From Anaeramoeba ignava BMAN (taxonomy: Eukaryota; Protista; Anaeramoebae): a DNA stretch of 64,000 nucleotides. Below, piece by piece: positions 25,135-38,100 of the stretch. A program made the translations under genes and the position numbers. The stretch is taken from the NCBI GenBank assembly GCA_028826165.1, contig JAPDFW010000099.1:179066-243065 (forward strand), read 5' to 3'. Under the pieces are notes generated by a model. That model was not told the origin of the DNA. It worked only from the letters and a program-made list of their open reading frames with translations, and ran no database searches. Positions within the stretch are counted from its first letter, which is position 1. Every line of letters starts with the position of its first letter.

Positions 25135-28100
25135 ATGATTGGAACTCCTTTTGAAGAAGAAAGTAATAAAAAATATACTTCAATTTGGAATCAAACTGTA
25201 AATAAATTTTTATTATTAAATTTTATTATTAAATTTTATTATTAAATTTTTTATTAAATTTTTTTTAGGCAAAAGATGAAAAAGGAAGAAGAAGATTTCA
25301 TGGTGCTTTTACTGGTGGTTTTTCTGCTGGTTATTTTAATACTGTTGGGAGTATTGAAGGTTTGTTTTTTTATTAAAATTGAATTTGAATTTGAATTTGA
25401 AATTGAAACTGAATTTGAAATTGAAATTTAAATTGAATTTAATTTGAAATTGAAATTGAAAATTATTTTAAATTGAAAATTATTTGAAAATGATGCTAAT
25501 TTTAAATTGAAAATGAAATTGAAGATAATTTTAAATTGAAGATTATTTTAAATTGAAGATAATTTTAAATTGATGATAATTTTAAATTGAAGATAATTTT
25601 AAACTGAAAATGATGTTAATTTTAAATTGAAAATGATGTTAATTTTAAATTGAAAATGATGTTAATTTTAAATTGAAAATGATGTTAATTTTAAATTGAA
25701 AATGATGTTAATTTTAAATTGAAGATTATTTTAAATTGAAGATATTTTTAAATTGAAGATAATTTTAAATCGAAGATAATTTTAAATCGAAGATTATTTT
25801 AAATTGAAGATTATTTTAAATTGAAGATTATTTTAAATTGAAGATAATTTTAAATTGATGATTATTTTAAATTGAAGATAAATTTAAATTGAAGATAATT
25901 TTAAATTGAAGATATTTTTAAATTGAAGATTATTTTAAATCGAAGATTATTTTAAATTGAAGATTATTTTAAATTGAAGATTATTTTAAATTGAAGATAA
26001 TTTTAAATTGATGATTATTTTAAATTGAAGATAATTTTAAATTGAAGATATTTTTAAATTGAAGATAATTTTAAATTGAAGATATTTTTAAATTGAAGAT
26101 AATTTTAAATTGAAGATAATTTTAAATTGAAAATAATTTTAATTTTAAATTGAAAATGATGTTAATTTTAAATTGAAGATTATTTTAAATTGAAGATAAT
26201 TTTAAATTGAAGATAATTTTAAATTGAAGATAATTTTAAATTGAAGATATTTTTAAATTGAAGATAATTTTAAATTGAAGATTATTTTAAATTGAAAATG
26301 ATGTTAATTTTAAATTGAAGATAATTTTAAATTGAAAATGATGTTAATTTTAAATTGAAAATGATGTTAATTTTAAATTGAAGATTATTTTAAATTGAAG
26401 ATAATTTTAAATTGAAGATAATTTTAAACTGAAATTGAAACTGATGTTAATTTTAAATTGAAGATAATTTTAATTTTAAATTGAAGATTATTTTAAATTG
26501 AAGATAATTTTAAACTGAAAATGATGTTAATTTTAAATTGAAGATTATTTTAAATTGAAGATTATTTTAAATTGAAGATAATTTTAAATTGAAGATAATT
26601 TTAAATTGATGATTATTTTAAATTGAAGATTATTTTAATTTTAAATTGAAAATAATTTTAAATTGAAGATAATTTTAAATTGAAAATGATGTTAATTTTA
26701 AATTGAAGATAATTTTAAATTGAAAATGATGTTAATTTTAAATTGAAGATAATTTTAAATTGAAAATGATGTTAATTTTAAATTGAAAATGATGTTAATT
26801 TTAAATTGAAAATGATGTTAATTTTAAATTGAAGATATTTTTAAATTGAAGATAATTTTAAATTGAAGATAATTTTAAATTGAAGATAATTTTAAATTGA
26901 AGATTATTTTAAATTAAAGATAATTTTAAATTGAAGATAATTTTAAATTGAAGATAATTTTAATCTGAAGATTATTTTAAATTGAAGATAATTTTAAATT
27001 GAAGATAATTTTAAATTGAAAATGATGTTAATTTTAAATTGAAGATTATTTTAAATTGAAGATAATTTTAAATTGAAGATAATTTTAAATTTAAATTGAA
27101 GATATTTCAAATTGATGTTTATTTTAAATTGAAAATGATGTTAATTATAAATTGATATTAAAATTAAAATTCAAATTAAAATTCAAATTAAAATTAAAAT
27201 TAAAATTAAAATTAAAATTAAAATTCAAATTAAAATTAAAATTAAAATTAAAATTAAAATTCAAACTAAAATTAAAATTAAAATTCAAATTAAAATTCAA
27301 ATTCAAATTCATTTATTAAATTAAAATTAATTTATTAAATTTAAATTCAAATTCAAATTTAAAGGATTTACACCAACTGAATTTGTATCCTCAAGATCTT
27401 CAAGAGCAAAATATACAAATGCACGACCAGAAGATTTTATGGATGGCGAAGATCTAAATGTAAAAATAAATTTAAATCCAAAAACAAAAACACCAACAAA
27501 ATTAACTGGAAAAAAACATACTTTTCTTAAATAAAAAGGATCAAGGAATGACAAGTCAATCACTTCAAACAAAATCAGAATACAACTTAATCCAAACATC
27601 AGAATCCAATCAAACAAATCAAAATCAAAACAGACAAATCTTGAACTCTCTTACTCCTGCAGAAAGCTCGATTGGATTTAAACTATTAAAACGAATACGC
27701 TTAAAACATGAATTTTCAACAGATAAAGAAAATTCAGATCAATCAAAAAAAATAATTTATGGACCAGCTAAGCCAAGTAATATCAAGCAAGAAACAGATA
27801 ATCAAACCAAGGATATTTATAGTGAAGAAAATACTGCAGTTGATTCACTTTCCTTGTTTCCTGAAACGAACCAAAACTCAACACAACCATTTAAATTCCA
27901 ACCAAAAAATGATTTTTTTGGAATTGGATTCGATCCTTTCAACAAAGCCCCAGAATTTCTAAGAACAAGCAAGAATTCCAAAACATCACACAAGATGTTC
28001 ATGGGAGCAACAAGATCAAACACGCGGGGATTTGGACTTGGCGCCCTTGAGGATGATGATGATGATGACATCTATGAAGACACTAATGAATATACTAACG

Positions 28101-30190
28101 TCATAAATTTCGACACAGATTTCCAAACTAAATCATCTAATGTTGTCGAGGAAAGAAATGTGAATGGAATGTCTGTCCAGGAAATCCAAAAAAACTCTGG
28201 AATTGGTTTGTTTTCTAAACAAATTAATCCGCTTACTGACATAAAATCTTTGCCAGGAATGGAAGAGTTTGTCCGAGCAAATGACACATCCATTCATGAT
28301 AAATACTATCCTCCTCCCGATATTCCCAAGCATTTTATCCCTCAACACCATTTTGAAGGCGAGGAAATTTTGGATCATTTCCAAAAAGAAAAACCAATTG
28401 ATTTGACAGCTAAAAAAAGAGCCAAAATTTTCCAAAATCAAAATCAAAATCAAAATCAAAATCAAAATCAAAATCAAAATCAAAATCAAAATCAAAATTT
28501 TACAAATAATAGCAATATACACAATGATAATAATCAATATGATGATCCTGATCAATATCTCACTTATAATAACAAACCTTTCATAAGTAATTTGGACAAG
28601 CAAAATCGATACGAAAAATTCCTTAGTCAAAAAAAATTATATGGAAATAATTTTGAGATGTATAACATTTATTCAGAGTCTGATGACATGAAAGAATTGG
28701 AGAAACGAAAAGAGTTTGAAGAGTTTGTTCAAACTTCCAAGATGTTTCGACCGATGTCAGAAGCAATTGCACTAAAATTTGTATCAAAAGGTGTTTTCTT
28801 GACATCTGAATTGGAACAACAAAAACAAAAACAACAAAAAGGAGAACAAAAAGGAGAACAAGATCAATCACTATCAAAAACAAATGCGGCAAAATATAAG
28901 ATGTTTGGGAGGCTTACAAGATCTGTGGAAGCCTGGAGTCCTTCTCGATTGCTTTGTAAACGATTCAACATTCCAGAACCTGTTGTTTCTTCTTTTGCAA
29001 ATAATATTCATCAAAAATCTCTTAAAAATAATAATTATAATAAGATTATGTCTTATATGCAAAATTCTAATTTGGAAAAAAAAGTTCCTAATTTGGTCCA
29101 AAATCAAAAAATTGATCCTCATTTGAATTCTGATAACGATTCTGTTTCTCTTCAATTTGAAAATGTTCAAAAACCTTCAATTAATTTATTTCGTGATATT
29201 TTTAATTCTGGAAAAAATGAAGATACAAATAATAATGAAGAAATTGAAGAAAAAACAATAGTTATATTTCCAGAAAAATCAAAAGACAATTTACAAAACA
29301 ATTTACAAAATAATTTACAAAACAATTTACAAAACAATTTACAAAATAATTTACAAAATAATTTACAAAATAATTTACAAAACAATTTACAAAACAATTT
29401 ACAAAACAATTTACAAAACAATTTACGAAACAATTTACAAAACAATTTAAATCAAAATCAAAATCCTTATTTATTTGTTCGTTCTAAAAAAAGATCAACA
29501 CAAAATCAAAATCAAAATTTAAATCAAAATCTATATTTAAATCAAAATTTAAATCAAAATCAAAATTTAAATCAAAATCAAAATCAAAATCAAAATCAAA
29601 ATCAAAATCAAAATTTAAATCAAAATCAAAATCAAAATCAAAATTCATTAGAACAATTTATGAATAAATTAACTGATTCAATAAATATTCACAATCAAAA
29701 TCATATTCAAAATAAAAATCCTTATTTATTTGTTCGTTCTAAAAAAAGATCAACACAAAATTTAAATCAAAATTTAAATCAAAATCTATATTTAAATCAA
29801 AATCAAATTCAAAATTTAAATCAAAATCAAAATCAAAATCTATATTTAAATCAAAATCAAAATCAAAATCAAAATCAATATAAAAATCAAAATCAAATTC
29901 AAATTCAAAATCAATATTTAAATCAAAATAGATTTAAAAATGTAAATCAAAATAAATTTAAAAATGTAAATCAAAATATAAATGAAAAAAATTTTTACAA
30001 TGATCAAAATAAATTTAAAAATGATCAAAATAAAAATTTAATTGAAGATCGTTATCATAATCATCATCATAATCATCATCACAAAAAAAACCAAGAAAAT
30101 TATAATTCAAAACATAAATATTCAAGAAAACATCATATTGAATTAAAATCAAAATCTAAAAAACAAGAAGAAAAAAGAAGACATAATTAA
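25135..30190 (+). CDS. GPATCH1: G-patch domain-containing protein 1 (spliceosome-associated)
   Basis: Exons outside the ORF track encode IGTPF...[39 protein letters not shown]...RPEDFMD (DUF1604 signature). ORF 27548..30190 has [36 protein letters not shown] and [12 protein letters not shown]...[16 protein letters not shown]. Confidence 0.95.
25460..27150. repeat. Intronic minisatellite of interspersed 17-bp (TTTTAAATTGAAGATAA) and 23-bp (TTTTAAATTGAAAATGATGTTAA) units in GPATCH1 intron 2
   Basis: Units read directly from the sequence within intron 25360-27364. Unit lengths are not multiples of 3, so the tract is not coding. Confidence 0.92.
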
Positions 30191-30948
30191 AAAAAAAAAA
30201 GCAAAAAAAAAAAAATCAAAAAAAAAAAATTTGATTAAAAAAAATATAAATTAAATTATCCTTTAAAAATAAGAATTTTCCTCTTTTTTTTGTTTAAAAA
30301 AAAAAATTTCAAATAAATAAAAAGAATCTTTTTAAATTAAAATTTTAATTTAAATTTCAATTTAAATTTCAATTAAAAAGGGGTAAAAATCAAAATAAAG
30401 AATTTTTTTTTCATTTTCTTAATTTTTATTTTAAATTGTTGTTTTTTAAATTAATAAAGAAAATAAATTAGAATTAAGTTTTTTTATTTAAGAATTTTAA
30501 TTAAAAATTAAACTTGATCAAATTATCAAAAATTAAAAAAAAAAAAAAAAAATTTTAATTAAAAAAAAAAATAATAAATAAAATAATTAAAAGAAAATTT
30601 TTGATAGAGTGAAAAAAATATCAAAAAGAAAAAAAACACAAAATAAAAAAATTATTATAAATTAAACGGAAAAAAGAAGATTAGTTTATTTAAAAAGACA
30701 AAATAAATAAAATCAAATAAAAATTAAAGCAAATCAAATAGAAAAAAAAGTGAAAGAAAAAAAAATTTTTTTTGTTTTTTTTTTATTTTAATTATTTTTT
30801 ATCTTTTTTTTTTTATCATTTTTCTTTTCTTTTTTTATTTTTTTTTTGTTTATTTTTTTCTTTCTTTTTGTTTAAAAAAAAAAATAATAATAACAAAATC
30901 CAATAAGAACATAATTTTCTTTTTTTTTATACAAAAAAAAATCATTTG

Positions 30949-32567
30949 ATGAATCCTCCTTTTCAACAAAATGTATTTATTTTCTTCTCTTTTCTTTTAT
31001 TATTATTATTGTTATTAAATTTAAAAATTAAATTAAAAATTTATACTTAATTTTTTTAATTTATTTTTGCTTTCATTTTTTCAATTCGAATTTACTTTTC
31101 ATTTATTAAAAAAAAAAAAAAAATATATCAATTAAAATTAATAAGATTAATTTAAATCAAAAATAAAAATTAAAATAAAAAAAAATATCAATTCAATTTT
31201 AATTAATTTTTAAATTCATTTTGTCAACAAAATTAAAAAAAAATTTTTAATTAATTAATTAAAAAAAATTTTTTTTTTCTTTAATTAAAATCTAAACCCT
31301 AAAAATTAATATTATTAAAATAAGAGTAGATTCCAAATTATTCCAATTTTTAAATTAATATTTATTAATTTAATTATTATTTTTTTTTTATTGTTTTTCT
31401 ATTCGATCTTTATTTAAAAAATTAATTAACAAATAAAAATTTAATTAAAAATTTAAATAAAAATTAAAAAATGGCAAAAAGAAATAAAAGAGAAATAAAA
31501 TAAAGTATTGTTAATTGGAATTAAATAATGTCAACATAATTGAATTTAAAATTGAATTTAAAAATAAAAATTAAAATTAAAATTGGAATTTAATTTAAAA
31601 TTTAAATTGAAATTTATAATAAAAAATTGAATTAACAAAATTCTTCTTTTTTTTTTAATAAAATTAGATCCCCTTTATTGATCAAGATCAAAATATTGAA
31701 TATACAGAACCATCATTTATAGAAGAAGCATTAATGGAGCAAGCATTCGCCGAACAAACATTTGCAGAGCAAGGGTTTAATGGGCCTGTATATAATGATT
31801 CATTATTTGAAAATCCAACAAAACTTGAATCTGCAGTTCAACAAGTTCAACAAATAATAGTGAATATGATTGAAAAATGTGATAGAAAAATTAATCTTCA
31901 CAAAAGGTTTCACAAAAACTCTCCACAAACGAATAGCAAATCAAATGAGTTAAATTCAAATCAAAATCAAAATCAAAATCAAAATCAAAATCAAAATCAA
32001 AATCAAAATCAAAATCAAAATCAAAATCAATTTCCAAATCAATTTCCAAATCAATTTCCAAATCAATTTCAAAATCAATTTCCAAATCAATTTCCAAATC
32101 AATTTCCAAATCAATTTCCAAATCAATTTCCAAATCAATTTTCAAATCAATTTCCAAATCAATTTAAAATACAAAATTCAATTCAAAATCAAATTAAAGA
32201 ATTGAATCAAAAATCAATTCAAGAAATGCATTTAGAACAAAATCGCAAAATTATCCAAAAAAACCGACAAACGATCATTAATTTATGTAATTTTGAAAAA
32301 AAAAGATTTTATGATATCGATAATTTAGTTCATGAAATAAGAAACTCAGTTACAAATTTAGAAATGCAAATGAAATTTTTAAAATCTCAACTTCCTCAAT
32401 ATCAAAACCAAAACTCAAATCAAAAACAGAAACAAAAACAAATTTCATTTGGAAATCAATATCAATATCCAAATCAATATCAAAATCAATATCAAAATCA
32501 ATTTCAAAATCAATATCCAAATCAATTTCAAAATCAATATCAAAATCAATATCAAAACTTCTTTTAA
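30949..32567 (+). CDS. Hypothetical coiled-coil protein with QN, FPNQ and YQNQ repeats
   Basis: ORF 31734..32567 is open upstream to an acceptor at 31667. Probable first exon 30949-30972 (MNPPFQQN, then GT, phase 0). No family recognised. Confidence 0.6.
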
Positions 32568-33204
32568 TTTCAAGTTCAAAAATTTAAGTCAAAATTCTTT
32601 CCAAAATTTCCTTATCAAATTTAATTCTAATTTTGACTAGTTTTTTTGTTTTTTTTTTTTTAAATTGTTGTTGTTCTTCTTCTTCTTATTTTTTGTTCTT
32701 TTTCTTTTTCTTTTTCTTGTTGTTTTTTTTTGAAAAAAAAATTCAAACAAAAATTAAGTTTCTTTTTTCTTTTTTATTTTTGATCTTTTTTAAAACAAAA
32801 CAAAACAAAAAAACAAAATAAACAAAATATACTCTTTTTAATTTTAATTTTATATTTTGTATTTTATTATATTTTATTTTATAAAATTGCTTTCAAAAAA
32901 AAAATGGACACGTTTCAAAATAAAATTTTTTTCTTTTTAATTCATTTTTAAAAGTAATTTTATTATTTTATTTTCTTTTCTTTTCTTTTTGTTATTTATT
33001 TTTTCAAATTTAATCATAGAAATCTTTCTAAAATTCCAATTAAAGTAAAAAAGATCAAAAAGGTGGATTTTTGGAAACAAAAAATTTAATAAACAAAAAA
33101 AAAATGGTAAAAAATTTGAGAATGAGTTTTAAAAGTTAATTATTAAAGTTCAATTTTTATTAAATACTATTTAATATTTAAATTTTTTATTTAAAAAAAA
33201 AATT

Positions 33205-34945
33205 GAATAAATGAAAAAATAAATAAAAAATTTTCCTTTCATCAAAAAAATTTAAATAAGAAATTAATAATAAATTTATTTATAAATAGTTAGATCTTTC
33301 TTTATTATTATTTACTTATTAAATATTATTAAATTATTAATAAATTATTATTAAATTATTATTAAATTTTGGATAAATTAAATAAAAAAATAAATAAAAA
33401 TTTTCCTTTCATCAAATAAATTTAAATAAAAATAAATAATAAATTTATTTATAAATAGTTAGATCTTTTTATTATTAAATATTATTATTAATTTATTATT
33501 AATAAATTATTATTAAATTATTATTAAATTATTATTAAATTTTAGATAAAAAAAATAAATAAAAATTTTCCTTTCATCAAATAAATTTAAATAAAAATTA
33601 ATAATAAATTTATTTATAAATAGTTAGATCTTTTTTTATTATTAAATATTATTATTAATTTATTATTAATAAATTATTATTAAATTTTGGATAAATTAAA
33701 AAGAAATAAACAATTTTCCTTTCATCAAAAAATTTAAATAAAAATAAATAATAAATTAATTTATAAATAATTAGATCTTTTTTTATTATTAAGTATTATT
33801 ATTATTAAATTATTATTAAATCATTATTAAATTATTATTAAATTTTGGATAAATATAAAAAAATAGATAAATAAATTTTCCTTTCATCAAATAAATTTAA
33901 ATAAAAATAAATAATAAATTTATTTATAAATAATTAGATCTTTTTATTATTATTATTTACTTATTAAATTATTAATAAATTATTAATAAATTATTATTAA
34001 ATTTTGGATAAATATAAAAAAAGAAATAAACAAATTTTCCTTTCATCAAAAATTTAAATAAGAAATTAATAATAAATTTATTTATAAATAGTTAGATCTT
34101 TTTATTATTATTTACTTAATAAATTATTATTAAATTATTAATAAATTATTAATAAATATTAGATAAATAAAAAGAATAAATAAACAAATTTTCCTTTCAT
34201 CAAATAAATTTAAATAAGAAATTAATAATAAATTAATTTATAAATAGTTAGATCTTTTTTTATTATTATTATTATTAAATTATTATTAAATTATTAATAA
34301 ATTATTATTAAATTTTTGGATAAATATAAAAAAAATAGATAAATAAATTTTCCTTTCATCAAATAAATTTAAATAAGAAATAAATAATAAATTTATTTAT
34401 AAATAGCTAGATCTTTTTTTTATTATTATTATTTACTTATTAAATTATTAATAAATTATTAATAAATTATTATTAAATTTTTAGATAAATATAGAAATAA
34501 ATAAAAAATTTTCCTTTCATCAAATAAATTTAAATAAGAAATTAATAATAAATTTATTTATAAATAATTAGATCTTTTTATTATTAAATATTATTATTTA
34601 CTTATTAATTTATTATTAAATTATTATTAAATTTTAGATAAATAAAAAAAATAAATAAAAAATTTTCCTTTCATCAAAATAAATTTAAATAAGAAATTAA
34701 TAATAAATTTATTTATAAATAGTTAGATCTTTTTTTATTATTAAATATTATTATTAAATTATTAATAAATTATTATTAAATTATTATTAAATTTTGGATA
34801 AATATAAAAAGAATAAACAAAAAAATTTTCCTTTCATCAAATAAATTTAAATAAGAAATAAATAATAAATTAATTTATAAATAATTAGATCTTTTTTTAT
34901 TATTAAGTATTATTATTTACTTATTAAATTATTATTAAATCCTTT
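33205..34945. repeat. Intergenic tandem array, 11 units of 148-170 bp (mean ~160 bp)
   Basis: TTTTCCTTTCATCAAA recurs at about 33231, 33401, 33566, 33714, 33876, 34035, 34189, 34348, 34509, 34663 and 34826. Each is followed by ...TTTATAAATA(G/A)TTAGATCTTT, a variable (TTA)n tract and usually TTTT(G/A)GATAAA. Confidence 0.95.
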
Positions 34946-35118
34946 TTAGATTATGATTAAATTTTTTGGAAATTTTGGATGAATAATCAAAAAAAAAAAA
35001 AAAAAAAGAAGAAAAAATTTTTTTCATTTTTTTTCCCTTTTTTTTTTCATTTTTTTTCTTATTATTTTTTATTTAAAAAAAGGAAATTATTTTACATTTA
35101 AAAATAAACTTAGTTTTT

Positions 35119-38100
35119 ATGTCAATTACTAATAAAGAAATAGAAGACGATTTTATAATTGAAATTTCAAGTGAAGATGAAATAAAATCAGATGATTTTA
35201 TTGCAGAAAATTCATCAAGTCCAGAAGCAATTTCAAATCCATTTTTATCACAAAATGAACAATTTTTAGCTTCAATTAAAATTCAAAAAATTTGTAGAGG
35301 ATTTTTAATTAGAAAAAGATTTCATCGTAAATTTCAATTTTAATTTTAATTTTAATTTTAATATTAATTTTATAAATGAATATTAATTTTAATTTTAATT
35401 TTAATTTTAATTTTAATTTTAATATTAATTTTATAAATGAATTTAATTTTAATATTAATTTTAATTTTAATTTTAATTTTAATTTTAATTTTAATTTTAA
35501 TTTTAATATTAATTTTAATTTTAATTTTAATTTTAATTTTAATTTTAATTTTAATTTTAATTTTAATTTTAATTTTAATTTTAATATTAATTTTATAAAT
35601 GAATTTAATTTTAATTTTAATTTTAATTTTTAATTTTAATTTTTAATTTTAATTTTAAATTTTAATTTTAAAAAAAAAGATAAATTGCAAATGAGATTAA
35701 CAAGAAAACAACATATCGAGGAATTAATAGCAACAGAAGGAACATATGTCAATCAATTATATATTCTAATATCAAATTATTTAAATCCAATCAGAAAACA
35801 ACGAATTTTAACACCGAAAAAAATAACTCAAGTTTTTTCAAATATTGAAGATATATTTGATTTAAATTCTGAATTTTTAAATCAATTATTACTCAGACAA
35901 TCAACAGGAAAAAACTCAATTTATGGAGATATTTTCAAACAATTTATTCCAAAATTTATTCTTTATTCAGATTATATTAACAATTATAATATTGCACTTG
36001 AAACTATTTCAAACGAAATGGAAAATCCATTTTTTGTTCATTTTCTTGAAGAATCAAAATTATCAGAAATTTCATTTAATTTTTATTCTTTATTAATTTC
36101 TCCTGTTCAAAGAATTCCTCGTTATATTCTCCTTTTTCAATCTATTATTGAAAATACTGATATTGATAATCCTGACCATAATAATTTACTTTATGCTTTG
36201 AATAAATCAAAACAAGTTGCTTATGAACTTAATAGGAAAAAATTTGAATCTGAAAATTATTATAAAATACTTGCTCTTCATAATAAATTTCAAAATCTTT
36301 ATGGATTTGTATATTTAAAATTAAAATTCAAATCAAAATTTAAAATCAAATCAAAATTAAAATTTAAATTAAAATCAAAATTAAAATTCAAATCAAAATT
36401 AAAATTCAATTAAAATTAAAATTAAAATTAAAATTAAAATTAAAATTAAAATTAAAATTCAAATTTAAATTAAAATTAAAATTCAAATCAAATTAAAATT
36501 AAAATTAAAATTAAAATTAAAATTAAAATTAAAATCAAAATTAAAATTTAAATTAAAATCAAAATTCAATTCGAAATTAAAAATTAGAATTTATTAAAAA
36601 ATGGAAGATTAATGATTAAACAAGGTACAATGTTTGTGATGATACCACAACAAGTTCCAATGATGATGGAAGTATTTCTTTTTAATGATATTATGTTATT
36701 TGCAACAGAAAATAAAGATCATACACTTAATAAACAAACAATACTTGATGTTCATACATTAAAAATTAAAACTGTTCCAAAACAAAATCCAAAGAAATTT
36801 ATTCTTATTTCAAAAGATCTATCAATAACTCTTCTAACAAATACAACCAAACTTCAATCTGAATGGGTTAGAACTATTGAAAGTGCAATTGAAAGAACTT
36901 TTGAAAGCAAAAAAATTTCTATTGGTTTGTTTTGCTTTTTTAAATTTTAAATTCAAATGAAAATGAAAATGAAAATGAAAATGAAAATCAAAATGAAAAT
37001 TTAATTTCAAATGAAAATGAAAATGAAAATTTAAAATTTAAATCAAATGAAAATGAAAATTTAATTTCAAATGAAAATGAAAATGAAAATTTAAAATCAA
37101 AATCAAAATCAAAATCAAAATCAAAATCAAAATCAAAATCAAAATCAAAATCAAAATCTAAATCAAAATTAAATTAATTTAAATCAAAATTTAATAATTT
37201 GCAGGTGTTGTAAAATGGGAACATCTTCAACCAATAAAAAATCCACCACCTCCTATTCATTCTCATCAAGCTTGTCGATATAAAAAATATATTTATATAT
37301 TTGGAGGTGAAACTGAAGAAAATATTAAATTAAATTCTTTATATAGATTAAATTTGAGTAAATACAGTTTTGATTATAATTATCATTGAAAAATGAAATT
37401 TAAATTCAATTTTAATTCCAAAATCAATTTATTTTATAATTCAAAAAACAAAAAAGAAACACGAGAATGGGAAATTGTAAATCAAAAAGGTCAAATTCCT
37501 TTACCAAGATCTTCACATACAATGATTAGAATTGAAAAATCATTTTTTGTTTTTGGAGGTTTAGGAATTGAAAATGCTTATAATGATCTTTATCTTCTTA
37601 ATCTTCGTAAAAATTTAAATGAAGATTTAATTTAAAATTTAAAATCAAATTTAAAATTTAAAATTTATTTATAAAATTTAAATAGAAAATTTAACTTGGC
37701 AAAAAATAGAAGATTTTACAGGAATAGTTCCACAAGCAAGATATGGTCATTCAGCAACTTTAGCATTACGAAAAATATGGATTTTTGGAGGAAGATTAAA
37801 TAATGGAGATTTTTTAAATGATCTTCATTATTTTGACACTGAAAATTGGAATTGGATAGAAATTCAAATTCAACCTGATGAATTAATTCCAAATCCAAGA
37901 GCTTTTCATACTATGAATTATATTAATTCACAAATTCTAGTTTTTGGTGGAAATTTATTTGCGAAAAATTATAATGATATTTGGGTTTATGATGAAAGTA
38001 TATATTGATTAATATATTTTATTTTTTAAGATTGAATTAATTTATCTAAAATCAACATCAAAAATTCAAAAAATCCAAAAAATTAAAAAATCCAAAAAAC

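Noticed and set aside
31292-31303. TAAACCCTAA telomere/telo-box-like motif
   Set aside because: Single copy in AT-rich intronic DNA; not distinguishable from chance.
32240-32395. bZIP-like basic region plus leucine heptads in the hypothetical protein
   Set aside because: The N-x7-R spacing and small residues of the bZIP basic region are not matched; called only coiled coil.
33205-34945. CRISPR array or snoRNA cluster interpretation of the 160-bp array
   Set aside because: Inter-repeat segments are homologous (TTA)n tracts, not unique spacers. There are no cas genes and the context is eukaryotic. A minus-strand TGATGA occurs but no CTGA D box.
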